Assembly (NCBI GenBank): GCA_002269645.1
Contig: NIVC01001089.1
Span: forward strand, 409,000 to 472,999
Origin: Macrostomum lignano
Taxonomy: Eukaryota
Reading direction: 5' to 3'
Length of the DNA: 64,000 nucleotides
A program made the position numbers and the translations under genes. Positions within the stretch are counted from its first letter, which is position 1; every line of letters begins with the position of its first letter. Shown here piece after piece: positions 36,775-64,000 of the stretch. The notes under the pieces were generated by a model that had not been told where the DNA came from, made no database searches, and saw only the letters and a program-made list of their open reading frames with translations.

Positions 36775-38350
36775 TGCTCTATCAGATTGGAAACTGATAA
36801 TTAGCCTCAAGTTAACTCCTGAGACTGGCTCTATCAGATTGGAAACTGATAATTAGCCTCAAGTTAACTCCTGAGACTGGCTCTATCAGATTGGAAACTG
36901 ATAATTAGCCTCAAGTAAACACCTGAAACTGGCTCTAGCAGATTGGAAACTGATAATTAGCCTCAAGGTAACTCCTGAGACTGGCTCTATCAGATTGGAA
37001 ACTGATAATTAGCCTCAAGGTAACTCCTGAGACTTGCTCTATCAGAATCGAAACTGATAATTAGCCTCAAGTTAACTCCTGAGACTGGCTCTATCAGATT
37101 GGAAACTGATAATTAGCCTCAAGTAAACACCTGAAACTGGCTCTAGCAGATTGGAAACTGATAATTAGCCTCAAGGTAACTCCTGAGACTGGCTCTATCA
37201 GATTGGAAACTGATAATTAGCCTCAAGGTAACTCCTGAGACTTGCTCTATCAGAATCGAAACTGATAATTAGCCTCAAGGTAACTCCTGAGACTTGCTCT
37301 ATCAGAATCGAAACTGATAATTAGCCTCAAGTTAATTCCTGAGAATGACTCTATCAGATTGGAAACTGATAATTAGCCTCAAGGTAACTCCTGAGACTGG
37401 CTCTATCAGATTGGAAACTGATAATTAGCCTCAAGTTAACACCTGAGACTGGCTCAATCAGATTGGAAACTGATAATTAGCCTCAAGTTAATTCCTGAGA
37501 ATGACTCTATCAGATTGGAAACTGATAATTAGCCTCAAGTAAACAGCTGAGACTGGCTCTATCAGATGGGAAACTGATAATTACCATCAATTTAACACCT
37601 GAGACTGGCTCTATCAGATTGGAAACTGATAATTAGCCTCAAGGTAACTCCTGAGACTGGCTCTATCAGATTGGAAACTGATAATTAGCCTCAAGGTAAC
37701 TCCTGAGACTTGCTCTATCAGAATCGAAACTGATAATTAGCCTCAAGGTAACTCCTGAGACTTGCTCTATCAGATTGGAAACTGATAATTAGCCTCAAGT
37801 TAATTCCTGAGAATGACTCTATCAGATTGGAAACTGATAATTAGCCTCAAGTTAACACCTGAGCTGGCTCTATCAGATGGGAAACTGATAATTACCATCA
37901 ATTTAACACCTGAGACTGGCTCTATCAGATTGGAAACTGATAATTAGCCTCAAGGTAACTCCTGAGACTGGCTCTATCAGATTGGAAACTGATAATTAGC
38001 CTCAAGGTAACTCCTGAGACTTGCTCTATCAGAATCGAAACTGATAATTAGCCTCAAGGTAACTCCTGAGACTTGCTCTATCAGAATCGAAACTGATAAT
38101 TAGCCTCAAGTTAATTCCTGAGACTGGCTCTATCAGAATCGAAACTGATAATTAGCCTCAAGTTAATTCCTGAGACTTGCTCTATCAGAATCGAAACTGA
38201 TAATTAGCCTCAAGTTAATTCCTGAGAATGACTCTATCAGATTGGAAACTGATAATTAGCCTCAAGGTAACTCCTGAGACTGGCTCTATCAGATTGGAAA
38301 CTGATAATTAGCCTCAAGTTAACACCTGAGTTTGGCTCCATCAGATTGGA
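36775..38350. repeat. 50/51-bp palindromic-core tandem array, ~31 units
   Basis: GACTGGCTCTATCAGATTGGAAACTGATAATTAGCCTCAAGTTAACTCCTGA-type units. Confidence 0.95.
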
Positions 38351-38902
38351 AACTGATACTTAGGCACAAACTAATTATGTTCTCAATAAGAAAATGCCCC
38401 ACAAAGATTGTTGTTAAAAAGCATTGTAAAAAATACAAAGGCCATTTTCAATACAGATTTTGTCGATGCCTTGGGTTGAAAAGAAGTTATAATCTGGCGC
38501 AAATCTTAACCCTTAGAAAAAATTATTAATCATAATTTATTTTATTTTTTTCACGACAAAAATATCCACTCTTGTCTATGAATTCTTTATCTTTTTACCT
38601 TTCACAATCGATAAAGTGTATCAGTTATTGAGTAATTACCGCGGCGTATAAAGTTTTAGCGGAGGGTGGATTTCAGCAACCTTAACCGGGACCTGGCAAC
38701 CAAGTTAGACATTGATTATCTAAGCTACTATGAGTAAGTAGTGCATTAAGATTGGGAAATATGTACTGCTGTTAGCAGGTTTCTGTAGTTCCATTTTTAG
38801 TAAACTGTTTCTCCATCATACGGTAACTTGTGCAGCATTCGGTCAGTGACTCAGTACCACGTTGAGTAGTTTGAGCAATGAGCTCATTCGGAGTCAGATG
38901 AC

Positions 38903-64000
<25,098 letters not shown>

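Noticed and set aside
36775-38350. CRISPR-like array (palindromic repeats, also 30915-31560)
   Set aside because: There are no unique spacers (the variable 11 nt is a small set of recurring variants), no cas genes, and the context is intron-containing eukaryotic DNA.

Overview
Eukaryotic (invertebrate) genomic DNA with GT-AG introns and GC-rich exons in an AT-rich, tandem-repeat-laden background. A free-living flatworm such as Macrostomum is a plausible source, but that is inference. From left to right: exon 1 of an unidentified proline-rich gene (-); a two-exon NDUFA6 gene (-) whose intron is a (CAGA)n array; a decayed Mag-type Ty3/gypsy element; an intronless C-type lectin + PAN-like gene (+); a 3-exon melatonin-receptor-like GPCR (-); a decayed LINE split by a 3,058-bp non-autonomous CMC/EnSpm-like element; a 5-exon EF-hand gene (+); a decayed duplicate of the 3' end of the giant gene; a second lectin paralogue (+, one frameshift); and, from 38903 to beyond the window edge, 31 exons (~3,650 codons) of a giant secreted protein (-). 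Its architecture is tandem Caspr-like modules, 3 EGF, VWD-C8-TIL, ~55 mostly Ca-binding EGF, follistatin/Kazal x2, TSP1, Kazal and a C-terminal cystine knot. Most of its long introns carry their own minisatellite. All exon chains were traced by hand with splice-phase checks; no database searches were run. There is no CRISPR array or other prokaryotic system. The best leads are the EGF-rod 'mucin-like' polymer, the lectin pair with a hypervariable sugar-binding loop, and the duplication and repeat dynamics around them.
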